This document shows, in pieces, positions 39,235-51,580 of a stretch of 64,000 nt of DNA. The position numbers were made by a program, and so were the translations under genes. Each line of letters opens with the position of its first letter. The first letter of the stretch is position 1. Source of the DNA: Squalus acanthias (Eukaryota); contig CM059433.1 in assembly GCA_030390025.1 (NCBI GenBank), positions 18,726,001-18,790,000 of the forward strand. Reading direction: 5' to 3'. The notes under the pieces are model-generated. The model was not told where the DNA came from and ran no database searches. It saw only the letters and a list, made by a program, of their open reading frames with translations.

Positions 39235-42147
39235 GAAACATAGAACATAGAAAAATAGGAGCAGGAGTAGGCAATTTGGCCCTTCGAGCCTGCTCCGCCA
39301 TTCAATATGATCATGGCTGATCCTCTATCTCAAAACCATATTCCCACTCTCTCCCCATACCCCTTGATGCCTTTTGTGTCTAGAAATCTATCTATCTCCT
39401 TCTTAAATATATTCATTAACTTGGCCTCCACAGCTTTCTGTGGTAGAGAATTCCACAGGTTCACCACCCTCTGAGTGAAGAAATTTCTCCTCATCTCAGT
39501 CCTAAATGTCCTACCCCGTATCCTGAGACTGTGACCCCTCGTTCTAGAGCCCCCAGCCAGGGGAAACATGCCCACTGCATCCAGTCTGTCTAGCCCTGTC
39601 AGAATTTTATACGTTTCAATGAGATCCCCTCTCATTCTTCTAAACTCTAGTGAATACAGGCCTAGTCGACCCAATCTCTCCTCATATGACAGTCCTGCCA
39701 TCCCAGGAATCAGTCTGGTGAACCTTCGCTGCACTCCCTCTATGGCAAGTATATCCTTTCTTAGGTAAGGAGACCAAAACTGCACACAGTACTCCAGGTG
39801 TGGTCTCACCAAGGCCCTGTACAACTGTAGTAAGACATCCTTGCTCCTGTACTCAAATCCTCTTGCAATGAAGGCCAACATACCATTTGCCTTCCTAACT
39901 GCTTGCTGCGACCTGCATGTTTGCTTTCAGTGACTGGTGTACAAGGACACCCAGGTCCCTTTGTACATCAGCATTTCCCAATCTATCACCATTTAAATAA
40001 TACTCTACCTTTCTGTTTTTCCTACCGAAGTGGATAACTTCACATTTATCCACGTTATACTGCATCTGCCATGTATTTGCCCACTCACTCAACTTGGCTA
40101 AATCGCCTTGAAGCCTCTTTTCATCCTCCTCACAACTCACAATCCCACCTAGTTTCGTGTCGTCAGCAAACTTGGAAATATTACATTTGGTTCCCTCATC
40201 CAAATCATTGCTATATATTGTGAATAGCTGGGGCCCAAGCACTGATCCCTGCGGTACCCCACTAGTCACCGCCTGCCACCCTGAAAAAGACCAATTTATT
40301 CCTACTCTCTGTTTCCTGTCTGTTAACCAATTTTCAATCCATGCCAGTATATTACCCCCAATCCCATGTGCTTTAATTTTGCACACTAACCTCTTATGTG
40401 GGACTTTATCAAAGGCCTTCTGAAAATCCAAATCCACCACATCCACTGGTTCTCCCTTATCTATTCTACCAGTTACATCCTCAAAAAACTCCAGTAGGTT
40501 TGTCAAACACGATTTCCCTTTCATAAATCCATGCTGACTTTGTCTAATCCTGTTGATATTTTCTAAGTGTCCTGTTATCACATCCTTTATAATAGACTCT
40601 AGCATTTTCCCTACTACTGATGTTAGGCTAACCGGTCTGTAGTTCCCTGTTTTCTCTCTCCCTCCTTTTTTAAATAGTGGAGTTACATTTGCCACCCTCC
40701 AATCTGCAGGAACTGTTCCATAATCTATAGAATTTTGGAAGATGACAACCAATGCATCCACTATTTCCATGGCTACCTCTTTTAGTACTCTGGGATGCAG
40801 ATTATCAGGCCCTGGGGATTTATCAGCTTTCAGTCCCATTAATTTCTCCAGCACTATTTTTTTACTAATACTAATTTCCTTTAATTCCTCCTTCTCACTA
40901 GACCCTTGGTTCCCTAGCATTTCTGGGAAGTTATTTGTGTCCTCTTCCGTGAAGACAGAACCAAAGTATTTGTTTAATTGCACTGCCATTTCCTTGTTCC
41001 CCATTATAAATTCTCCCATTTCTGACTGTAAGGGACCTACATTTGCCTTCACTAATCTTTTTCTTTTTATATACTTGTAGAAGCTTTTACAATCCGCTTT
41101 TATGTTCCTTGCAAGTTTACTCTCATACTCTATTTTTCCCCTCTTAATCAATCTCTTGGTCCTTTTTTGCTGAACTCTAAACTGCTCCCAATCCTCAGGC
41201 TTGCTATTTTTTCTGGCAACTTTATATGACTCCTCTTTGGATCTAATACTATCCTTAATTTCTTTTGTTAGCCATGGTTGGGCCATTTTTCCTTTTGTGT
41301 TTTTGCGCCAGAAAGGAATGTATAACTGTTGCAATTCATGCATTCGTTCCTTAAATGTTAGCCATTGCCTATCCACCGTCATGCCTTTTAATGAAGCTCC
41401 CCAATCTATCATAGCCAACTCACTCCTCATACCATCGTAGTTTCCTTTGTTTAGATTTAGGACCCTAGTTTCGGATTGGACTTCTTCACTTTCCATTTTA
41501 ATGAAGAATTCTATCATGTTATGGTCACTCTTCCCTAAAGGACCCTGCACAACAAGATTATTAATTAACTCCTTCTCATTGCACAATACCCAATCTAGGG
41601 TAGCCTGTTCCCTAGTTGGCTCCTCAATGTACTAGTCTAAAAAACCATCTCGTACACACTCCAGGAATTCATCCTCCACAGTATTATTGCTAATTTGGTT
41701 TGGCCAATCTATATGTAGATTAAAGTCACCCATGATTACTGTAGTACCCTTGTTACATGCATTTCTAATTTCCTGTTTGATGCCATCCCCTACATTACCA
41801 CTACTGTTTGGAGGCCTGTAGACAACTCCCACCAATGTTTTCTTAGCTCCACCCAGACTGATTCTACATCTTGATTTTCTGAGCCAATATCCTTTCTCAT
41901 GATTGCTCTGATTTCATCCTTTACTAACAAGGCCACCCCACCTCCTTTTCCTTTTCGCCTGTGCTTCCTAAATATCGAATATCCTTGGATATTCAGCTCC
42001 CAACCTTGGTCACCCTGCAGCCATGTCTCCGTAAACGCAATTATATCATATCCGTTTACATCTATTTGCGCTGTTAATTCGTCTACCTTATTACGAATGC
42101 TTCGTGCATTCAAATACAGTGCCTTTAGATTTGTCTTTTAAACATTT
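39235..42147 (-). mobile_element. CR1 LINE, nearly complete ORF2 (APE endonuclease plus RT) with frameshifts
   Basis: [28 protein letters not shown] and FADD motifs across four ORF pieces. Confidence 0.95.
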
Positions 42148-42849
42148 TTAGGCATTGCTGCCCGGGAGACCAGAGATGGCCTCACCATGGCCAGATTTGC
42201 TTCACTTGACTCTGTACACCCTGGCAGTCACATGATGCGCCAGGTTGGCACCACCCCACACCAACACCATAAAGCATCCCTACAATGCCCAAGCCATTCC
42301 TTTCACACTCATCACCATTGCGGGGTGATACCGTTATGTCTCACCATTCACTGCAACTCACTAAGCCACCTTTTTTTAAATTCGTTTATGGGATGTGGGC
42401 GTCGCTGGCAAGGCCAGCATTTATTGCCCATCCCTAATTGCCCTTGAGAAGGTGGTGGTGAGGCCGCTTTCTTGAACCGCTGCAGTCTGTCTGCTGAAGG
42501 TACTCCCACAGTGCTATTAGGTGCACACAAATCTGTCCAAGAACACAAAGTGTTGAAAATAAAGGTTTCAATGTTTGACACCACATTAACAGAAACTTTA
42601 CATAAGCATTGGATAAAACACCCAAGTGCCTACACTTGTGTGTTGTTAGTTGGTATGATTGCACTCGGATGAGGGTGAGTGTGAGGGATGGCTAGTGAGA
42701 TGGGGATGTGATAATATTGATAGAGAGGGATGGGTGGAGGTGCAAGGTAAGTTGGTGTGAGTAAGGATGTGCAGGAGTAGGGTAGGGAAGGCAGAGTGAT
42801 GGGGAGAGGCACAGCAGGATGAGGTTGAGTGTGGCTTTGTACTAACGTT

Positions 42850-43090
42850 TTGAGATCTACTGAGATCATTGAAATGTTCATGGCACTGCACCCAGGTCCT
42901 CCTGATCACATCTCTGCTTGTGCCCTCCTATGCAATGTGCAACCAGGCTGTGTTGATCTCCTGGGGCGGTCTCTTCCACCCATGGGAAGGGAAGAGGACC
43001 TCCCTGCGTGCTGTGACTCCCTCCATAAGCATATGGAGGGAGTCATGGGAGAGCCTGGGTGCAGCCCCGTACCTCTGTGCAGTCACTGTC
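42850..43090 (-). pseudogene. Harbinger Myb/SANT-like DNA-binding protein remnant
   Basis: LSHDSLHMLMEGVTARREVLFP..TAWLHIA*..RRTWVQCHEHFNDL resembles the trihelix/Myb pattern (V..R..LF..W..IA..RT..QC..FNDL). Confidence 0.7.
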
Positions 43091-43103
43091 AGTGTTTGCA
43101 GCT

Positions 43104-44049
43104 TCTTCTTCTTCTTCTTAGGCAGTCCCTCAGAACCGAGGATGACTTGCTTCCACATTAAAAATGAGTTTGCAGGTGACTGATGAGTCCAATGCGGGAC
43201 CTACAGTCTCTGTCACAGGTGGGGCAGACGGTGGTTGAAGGAGCAGGTGGGTGGGGTGCTTGGGTTGACGTGCGCTCCTTGTGCTGCCTGCGCTTGGCTT
43301 CCGCTTGCTCCCAGCGAAGAGACTCGAGGTGTTCGATGCCTTCCCCGGATGCTTCTCCTCCACTTTGTGCGGTCTTGGGCCAGGGATTCCCAGGTGTCGG
43401 TGGGGATGTTACACTTTTTCAAGGAGGCTTTGAGGGTGTCCTTGAAGCGTTTCCTCTGCCCACCTGTGGCTCTCTTGCCGTGCCGGAGCTCCGAGTAGAG
43501 CGTTTGTTTTGGGAGTCTTGTATTGGGCATGCGGACAATGTGACCCGTCCATCGGAGCTGATCGAGCGTGGTCAAAGCTTCGATGCTAGGGATGTTGGCC
43601 TGAGCGAGAACACTGACGTTGGTGCACCTATCCTGCCAATGGATTTGCAGGATCTTGCGGAGGCAGCGTTGGTGGTACCTCTCCAGTGCTTTGAGGTGCC
43701 TGTTGTACATGGTCCATGTCCCTGAGGCATACAGCAGGGCGGGTATCACTGCTGCTCTGTAGACCATGAGCTTAGTGCCGGGTTTGAGGTCCTGGTCTTC
43801 AAACACTCTCTTCCTCAGGCAACCGAAGGCTGCACTGGCACACTGAAGGCGGTGTTGGACTTCGTCGTCAACGTCTGCCCTTGTTGACAGTAGGCTCCCG
43901 AGGTATGGAAAGTGGTCCACGTTGTCCAAGGCCTTGTCGTGGATTTTGATAATCGGGGGGCAGTACTGTGTGGCGGGGGCAGGTTGGTAGAGGACCTTTG
44001 TCTTACGGATGTTTAGTGTAAGGACCCATGCTCTCGTACGCTTCGGTGA
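43104..44049 (-). mobile_element. RTE LINE, 5'-truncated
   Basis: Same family as 23650; (GAA)n tail; 13-bp TSD agtgtttgcagct (43091-43103, 44050-44062). Confidence 0.93.
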
Positions 44050-44349
44050 AGTGTTTGCAGCTCCTCAATGTTGTGGAACACTGACAGCACAAATGTCAAA
44101 ATAAAGTTGGCCATGGTCCGTTTAAGGAAACAAATGACATCACCAGCCCCGCTTCCTCTAATTGACCGGGAAATGCGCTGGGCAGGCTTAACAAGCCCCA
44201 TTAAGGGAAATTCATTTCACAGAGCAGGATGGAGCCAGCAGCGGAGTCGGGAACCGCCACCGACATCGCCTGCCACGCCCACCACGGACCCGCCGAGGTC
44301 AGGAAAATTGCGGCCTGTGTTTCAGGTCGATGACCTTTCGTCTATGTAA

Positions 44350-44630
44350 TCTCTCCTCATAAGCTAACCTTGGAGCCCTGGTAACATTCTGCTTCCAAGG
44401 CTAATATATCCTTTCTAAGGTTCGGTGCCCAGAACTGTACACAGTGATCCAGGTGTGGTCTAACCAGGGCTTTGTATAGCTGTCGCAAAACTTCCTCCCC
44501 TTTATATTCTAGCCCTCTAGTTATAAAGGCTAACATTCCATTAGCCTTTTTGATTATTTTTTGTACCTGACCACTACATTTTAGTGATCTGTGTACAGGG
44601 ACCCCTAAATCTCTTTGGACCTCCACTGTT
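44350..44630 (-). mobile_element. CR1 internal fragment
   Basis: QRDLGV..KKANGMLAFI..RPHLDHC motif. Confidence 0.8.
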
Positions 44631-45372
44631 ATGGCTGATGACTCAACGCCATGAATCAGGATGATTGATTGGTGATCAGGACTATGGTGTTTCTTGTGAG
44701 CCGGTTACTAGTTTGTTTGTTCCTTTCCCTCCCCTTTGCCCTTTGTTCTGACTACTAAAAATGCTTGTTCAACTTTCACTTTTCAGTTCTGAAGTAGGGC
44801 TGAGCATGAAACATTAACTTCGTCTGTTCTCTCCACAGATACTGACTGACCTGCTATGTGTTTCGATCATTTCCTGTCTTTGCTTTATATATCCTCACCA
44901 CTAGACTTCAAGGCGCAGGAAGCCACTCAGACACCCTTCGGAACCAGGTACAGTACCTAGGGGTACAAATTTCATGACTGCTTTTCTGGTGCATAATGTG
45001 AATCCGAGCACTGCCACCCCCTGATTTTCTATCCATTTAATTTTAATGGGCAGAAATTCACATGCTGGCTGTGTGCAATTTCACAATATGCACTTCTGGG
45101 CTGTTTAGGAGCACAGTAGAAGATTTTTGTACCACTAGATGTCAGATTACAATGCAAAGACAGCTATACCTGCAGGCACCAACATCCACTTTGAAGGAAG
45201 TTTTGGTATTATCGAAGTAGAATGGAGCCACAAAACAGGAATTTGTTCCAAAGCTTATGCACTGCATGATTGATTTTACTTTTTCTTTCAGGCAGTGAGT
45301 GGTTCAGCTGAGTCATAAAAGATTTGAACGGGAAGCTTTTTTTTCTTCCGAATCAACATCAGCCAGTGCAAA

Positions 45373-46312
45373 ATAACAACAGAAAACGCTGGAAAAGCTC
45401 AGCAGGCCAGGCAGCATCCGTGGAGAGAGAAAGAGAGTTAACGTTTCAGGTCGATGACCTTTCATCAGAACTGGGAAGAGCCGGAAATCAAATAGATTTA
45501 AGGCCAGGGTAAAGCTGGGAAAAGGGGGAGGGGATAAAGGAACAAAGGGGGAGATGGAGAGACATTAAGAGACATTAAGAGATATGCAAGGCTAGAGGTG
45601 GTGTTAATGTGACAGATTAAGGCTGAATGAAGTGTGAAATCCACTGGCAGAATGAAGGACAGCTGCCAGCTTCTAGGAGGAATAAAAAGGTGGGGGGGGG
45701 ACAAATAAAAGGGTGGATAAAATAAAATATAAATGTGATTGGAGCTGAGGTTATGATCTAAAATTGTTGAACTCGATATTGAGTCCAGAGGGCTGTAGCG
45801 TGCCTAAACGAAAGATGAGGTGCTGTTCCTCGAGCTTCCGCTGAGCTTCCGTGGAACAGTGTAATAGGCCGAGGACGGTGAGGTCAGAGTGGGAGTGAAG
45901 CGGTGAATTAAAGTGACAGGCCACATATTTTATCCACCCTTTTATTTGTCCCCCCCCACCTTTTTTTTCCTCCTAGAAGCTGGCAGCTGTCCTTCATTCT
46001 GCCAGTGGATTTCACACTTCATTCAGCCTTAATCTGTCACATTAACACCACCTCTAGCCTTGCATATCTCTTAATGTCTCTTAATGTCTCTCCATCTCCC
46101 CCTTTGTTCCTTTATCCCCTCCCCCTTTTCCCAGCTTTACTCTGGCCTTAAATCTATTTGATTTCCGGCTCTTCCCAGTTCTGATGAAAGGTCATCGACC
46201 TGAAACGTTAACTCTCTTTCTCTCTCCACGGATGCTGCCTGGCCTGCTGAGTTTTTCCAGCGTTTTCTGTTGTTATTTTGGATTTCCAGCATCCGCAGTA
46301 TTTTGCTATCGT
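45373..46312. mobile_element. Penelope-like element insertion with inverted repeats and GIY-YIG C-terminal fragment
   Basis: 15-bp TSD atcagccagtgcaaa (45358-45372, 46313-46327); arms ~45369-45724 and 45926-46280; spacer encodes EAQRKLEEQHLIFRLGTLQPSGLNIEFNNFRS* on the minus strand. Confidence 0.9.
46177..46213 (+). ncRNA. Minimal hammerhead ribozyme motif (mirror copy 45436-45472 on minus strand)
   Basis: AGTT-CTGATGA-aAGGTCatcGACCT-GAAACGTT-AACT. Confidence 0.75.
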
Positions 46313-46731
46313 ATCAGCCAGTGCAAAGTAGGCCACTTGGATTCAGACTTCAGTACCGAACCATACCAAAAATACTCAGAAACCTAAAGGTTTCCAACTA
46401 TCTGTAGAAGGTTAATTCTGCAATTCTGCCTGCCATTGAATTTTATATACTGTAGGACAGCTCAAGAGTATGTATAAGAGCCTCTTAATGCAGGGTACTT
46501 AACAAAAGCTATCAAACAGTTTGACTATTGTAAGAACTTCTTAAACTTTCTCAGCTTTCTTTGTGGATTTTTATTTTACCCACCCCTTACATGTCACTGT
46601 AATACACTTGGGGTCAATAGTTGTTTATTTACCCTGAAGTTTTATTGTGTTCTATTCAATTCCACGTTTAGTTCCTCATCACCATTTCTCAAATTCAACC
46701 CTTACTGTTAAAACAGACCTCTGCGATTCAC

Positions 46732-46754
46732 CTCACAGCAGCAGCAGCCGCCAT
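46732..46754 (-). CDS. Candidate first coding exon (MAAAAAVR) of the minus-strand gene
   Basis: aaaaATGGCGGCT (YY1-type start context) followed by AG|gtgaat donor; upstream CGGAAA and CCAAT-like motifs in unique sequence. Confidence 0.5.
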
Positions 46755-47000
46755 TTTTTGTTTCCGTCCCTCATGGTTTGATTGATTTCTCCAATCCTCC
46801 AGCTAATCTTCTGCTCCAAGCTGCTCTTTGATTCTTCTTGTTTATTCCCGTCGATCCTCTCTCATTAGGGGTTAAGTTTGGTTTAGCAGCTTGATTCATG
46901 ATCTGTCAGTTAATCATTAAATTCACTCACTTCTTTGGGTTCGTTAGCATCGGTTGCCTTTCGATTTACGGCCTAGATTGGGGGGATTGGATACAAAGTT
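46755..47000. promoter_or_regulatory. Putative promoter region, possibly bidirectional
   Basis: YY1 motif CCGCCATTTT, ETS-like TTTCCG, ccaat/attgg boxes, local CpG enrichment in a repeat-free island. Confidence 0.35.
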
Positions 47001-47977
47001 AATTCCTATATTTGTGCATTTTTTTTTTAAAAGAATTGTTAGGAGGGCCCTGGAGGAAGCAATATATATTCCCTGCTGCGAGGATCTTAAGTCCTGTCAT
47101 TTTACATATTAAATCCTGCTTCCTATCATTATACTGATTTAGCTTTTACAGAAGAGATTAGGTTGAACTCTTTGACTGATATGCTGAATTAATTCTCCAA
47201 TGCCAGAGGGTTTACCTACACAGATAGATATTTCTCTGCTCACTAGAGATCTAATTAGCCATGACCAGCTAAGCAGTGGATGGAATTTAAAGTAAAGGAT
47301 ATAATCAAGTGCAGTTTTCTTGCTTTAAAGCTTCAATTAAATATAAAGAGATCATGCCATTTGTTCTGACAACGCAACTTTTTATACTCTGGCTTTTAGC
47401 ATTGTAATGCACATTGACTGGCAAAGAAGATAACAAGGCAAGTCATACTGTACTAGCAGACATAATAACACTTACCAAAAGAAATAAAGAGGCAGGTTTT
47501 CCTCTTGGAAGGCAGATGTCGAACCCTTAAAGCTAACACATGCTCCCTAATTAAGACATTACAGGAAGCTTGATTCTTCCTCCACCTGCTGAACTCTTAA
47601 GTGTAAATGACCTGACTGACCGAGAACCAACGGCACTGTGGACATACGAAGATGTGGTTGTCTGAATCTGCTGATGAACCGAAACAAATGGAACCGGCCA
47701 AGGGTCACCGACCCTCCAGGATTGGCCTGGAGTCTCCAGGAATTAACGATTAATCTCCAGGACACTGCTGTCAGCAACCCAGGAGAACAATTACAGGGGG
47801 GCATAAAAAAAATTGTATGTTGTTTTCATTTTCTTTGAACACTTTCATTTATTAGTTGTAAAAATATTGGAGATGGGAGAATTGGTTGTTTGACTGACAG
47901 TTGAGATCCATCCAATCGAGTATCAAAGAGCCTGTTTATTTACACTTGGTATGGAAAGGGGGTGCATTGCAAGGATG

Positions 47978-48428
47978 TGTCAGCTGTGGCTCAGTGGGCA
48001 GCACTCTCACCCAAGTCAGAAGGTTGTGGGTTCAAGTCCCACTCCAGAGACTTGAGCACAAAAAATTTAGGCTAACGTTCCAGTGCAGTACTGAGGCACT
48101 GTCGGAGGTGCCGTCTTCCAGACGAGACGTTAAACCGAGTCCCCGTCTGCACTCTCAGGTGGACATAAAAGATCCCAAGGCACTATTTCGAAGAAGATCA
48201 GGGGAGTTATCCCCGGTGTCCTGGGCCAATATTTATCCCTCAATCAGCACTACTAAAACAGATTATCTGGACATTATCACATTGCTGTTTGTGGGAGCTT
48301 GCTGTGCACAAATTGGCTGCCACATTTCCTACATTGCAACACTTCAAAATTACTTCATTGACTGTAAAGTGCTTTGGGACGTCCTGAGGTCTTGAAAAGC
48401 GCTATATAAATGCAAGTATTTCTTTCTA
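47978..48428 (+). mobile_element. tRNA-derived SINE with L2 tail, full length
   Basis: tggctcagtggg A-box, ggttcaagtccc B-box; same family as 16960-17415; lies within a possible hAT-like MITE (47700-48534). Confidence 0.85.
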
Positions 48429-49214
48429 TATATCGGGCGACAAATGGCGGGAGTGTGGGGGGCGAGGTAGTTGGAGGCGAGAGATCATGTGATGAAACCG
48501 CCAGATATACATCCAACCAGAGTTGGCGACCCTAAGCATCTGCCCAACTCCACAATCAGGTCTCCATATAATATAGTGGAGATCAGCAAGCACATGGAGG
48601 CTGCACCTGATGATTTAATCTAAGTGCAGAGAGCAATGCATCTCCCAGACGCCAACACAAAAAGAAGTGAGTGTGTCACAAACTGCCCTATTTCTCAGCA
48701 TTGATGCCATTAATGTTATCAGTACATTCAAGTTGAACGCGGTGCTTTTTTTCCTCTGGCTGCAGATGAATTTGAAAAGAGTGAATTTGAATTAATTAAG
48801 AGATATCTGAATTTGGGCCATCCAGATCTCTCTGCTATTTAAGTATGTACAGCTTCAGCTTATTTCCTTAGTGCTGTTCTCACAAACAGGAATATGCAAT
48901 ATAGAAAGAAGAGCATAATGAGAGAATGTATGTTCTTTGATTAGGCCATTTTAACTGTTTATTTGATTTAAAAAATTGTTCTAAGATAAAAGGAAAACAA
49001 AGTGCAATACATGTCACAAAACATTAACGTTTTTCTACTCTTTTTCTCTTGCACACATGTCATATCGCTAAGTAGATAAAAGCTGCATGTCAGTCATACT
49101 AATTAGTATGGATGAGCAGTCCATGAATGACACCATTTCAGATCTACTGTAAAGGCAGGTTTGAATTCACTAAGGATGGAGAATAAAATGTTAGATTAAA
49201 TAGATAAAGAATAT

Positions 49215-49620
49215 CTGATCTCTCCGTCCTCGGCCTCTTACACTGTTCCAATGAAGCTCAATGTAAGCTCGAGGAACAGCATCTCATCTTTCGATTAGGC
49301 ACTTTACAGTCTTCTGGACTCAACATTGAGTTCAACAATTTCAGACTATAACCCCTGTCCCCATTTGCAACATCTTATCTCTCCTGCCTCCTACCCTAGC
49401 ACAGAACGGTCCTTCCTCCCCTCTCCCTCCCCCTTTCCCTGCCTCCGCACCTGCTTAACATCTGTTACATCTCTAGCCTTTTCCAGTTCTGATGAAGGGT
49501 CCCAGACCTGAAACGTTGACTCTTTTTCTCTCTCCATGGATGCTGCCTGGCCTGCTGAGTGCTTCCAGCATTTTTTGTTTTTATTCCAGATTTCCAGCAT
49601 CCGCAGTATTTTGCTATTGA
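49215..49620 (+). mobile_element. Penelope-like element 3' end (GIY-YIG C-terminus, hammerhead, tail)
   Basis: EAQCKLEEQHLIFRLGTLQSSGLNIEFNNFRL* followed by CTGATGA-agggtcccagacct-GAAAC. Confidence 0.85.
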
Positions 49621-49798
49621 AGAAAATATGCCTCTGTGCATGCCGATTGTCACCATCACTGTTCACCTGTACATTTGCCTCATTGCACATACATATGGCA
49701 AGTTTGGCTATCATGCCACTAATTTCCCGCTATCTAGGTTAACGATGCTTAGGTGCATGAGCATTGTGCATTGCTGGATCAATAGCCACAAAGTTAAT

Positions 49799-50364
49799 GG
49801 CCTCAAAATTGGATCGCGCCCTTGCCTAAAGAGGCTGGGGCAGGACCATAGGAAATTGGTCCGCTGGCCTCATTTGTATATTACCATCGAGTTGCAGCTG
49901 CCAGTCACAGCCCCAGAGGCTGCTCACTGGTCACAGGGGAGAGCGAGATTGGCCGGCTGGGATGGCGGCAATTGGGAAGGAGGGCGGGGGGGGAGGCGAG
50001 TGTGGGTTGGCAGCTGCCCGCTGCTTCTCCTGGCTCCGCGTTCAGATAAGTATGACATTTTGTGCTTACCTTTTGGTGGCAACCTCCAGCAACCTTTAAG
50101 GACCGCTGGTCTGGCTGCTGTGCACCCGAGAAAACTGATCACGGCATGCTGTGCTCAGTCTCGATCCAATTTGGGAATGGAACCTGAAACATGTGTTCGG
50201 TGGCCGGTTTGGGCCTAACGCCTGTTTCAGGTGGGTGCCCGAGAGGACTACAGGTGCCTTAACCAATATGGTGTGTGTTGCACTTCCAGTGTGGGCCATA
50301 TTGGACAATCCAGCACCCGTTTCTCACCTAAAAAACAGGCACTGCGCAATTGAATTTCTAGGCC
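49799..50364. mobile_element. PIF/Harbinger-type MITE
   Basis: TIRs ggcctcaaaatt / aatttctaggcc; TSD aat/agt. Confidence 0.65.
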
Positions 50365-51580
50365 AGTATCTGTTAAACTTGTTGGTCTGGAAATTCATCT
50401 CCTTACCGCCACTCTGTAGCGCCATGAAATGGCGATAAAATGGCGGCCGCCGCTCTTTCACCAGCTGGTGGCGGGCCCCGCGATGGCTGCCATATTCCTC
50501 TCCCACTATTGTGCTGCCGGTAACTGGCAGCGCCCTGGAAAAAAAATGGTGGCGTGGTGACATCAATGCGAACTTCGACCCTAGCACTGAATCCAGCGCT
50601 GGGTCCTAAGCGTGCCAGGTTAACCTGGTGTGCAAGCAGGCTGACAGTGGCGATGTCAGCACCTCTTAAAGGAGCACACACATCATAGAATCATAGAATG
50701 GTTACAGCACGGAAGAAGGCCATTCGGCCAGTCGAGCCCATGCCGGCTCTCTGCAAGAGCACTTCAGCTAGTCCCACTCCCCTGCCCTTTCCCCGTAGCC
50801 CTGCAAATTTCTTTCCTTCAGATATTTATCCAACTCCCTTTTGAAAGCTGTGATTGAATCTGCCTCCACCACCCTTTCAGGCAGTGCATTCCAGATCTTA
50901 ACCACTCGCTGCGTAAAAAAGTTTTCCTCATGTCGTCTTTGGTTCTTTTGCCAATCACCTTGAATCTGTGTCCTCTGGTTCTTGACCCTTCTGCCAATGG
51001 GAACAGTTTCCCTCTATCTACTCTGTCCAGACCCCTCATGATTTTGAACACCTCTACCAAATCTCCTCTCAATCTTCTCTGCTCCAAGAAGAACAACCCC
51101 AGCTTCTCCAGTCTATCCATGTAACTGAAGCCCTTCATCCCTGGAATCATTCTCGTAAATCTTTTCTGCACCCTCTCTAAGGCCTTCACATCCTTCCTAA
51201 AGTGTGGTGCCCAGAATTGGACACAGTACTTCAGTTGGGGCCGAACCAGTGGTTTATACAGTTTCATCATAATTTCCACACTTTTGTACTCTATGCCTCT
51301 ATTTATGAAGCCCAGGATCCCGTAAGCTTTTTTAACTGTTTTCTCAACCTGCCCTGCCACCTTCAATGATTTGTACACACATACCCCCAGGTCTCTCTGT
51401 TCATGCATTCCCTTCAGGATTGTACCATTTAGTTTATATGTCCTCTCCACATTCTTTCTACCAAAATGTATTACTTCACACTTTTCTGCGTTAAATTTCA
51501 TCTGCCACGTGTCTGCCCATTTCACCAGCCTGTCTATGTCTTCCTGAAGTCTATCACTCTCCTCCTCACTGTTCACTATA

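Larger units (their letters stand above)
38569..44315. mobile_element. Decayed PIF/Harbinger element (Myb/SANT remnant on minus strand, probable transposase remnants on plus strand) with nested LINEs
   Basis: TIRs ggctggaattttcc / ggaaaattgcggcc; splits a PLE fragment (38500-38568 and 44319-44343); Myb-like sequence at 42850-43090. Confidence 0.7.

Noticed and set aside
38959..39243. Q/H-rich ORF as a cellular gene
   Set aside because: It lies within the Harbinger TIRs, runs into a CR1 tail, and is low complexity.
45292..45294. 3-nt plus-strand microexon (tttctttcag GCA gtgagt)
   Set aside because: The splice signals look good, but no plus-strand gene is supported across this position, so chance is likely.
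47978..48050. tRNA gene
   Set aside because: The A/B boxes are the head of a SINE whose body and L2 tail follow directly.
49559..50218. 219-aa ORF as a host gene
   Set aside because: It spans a PLE tail and a MITE, has a non-ATG start, and shows no recognisable domain.
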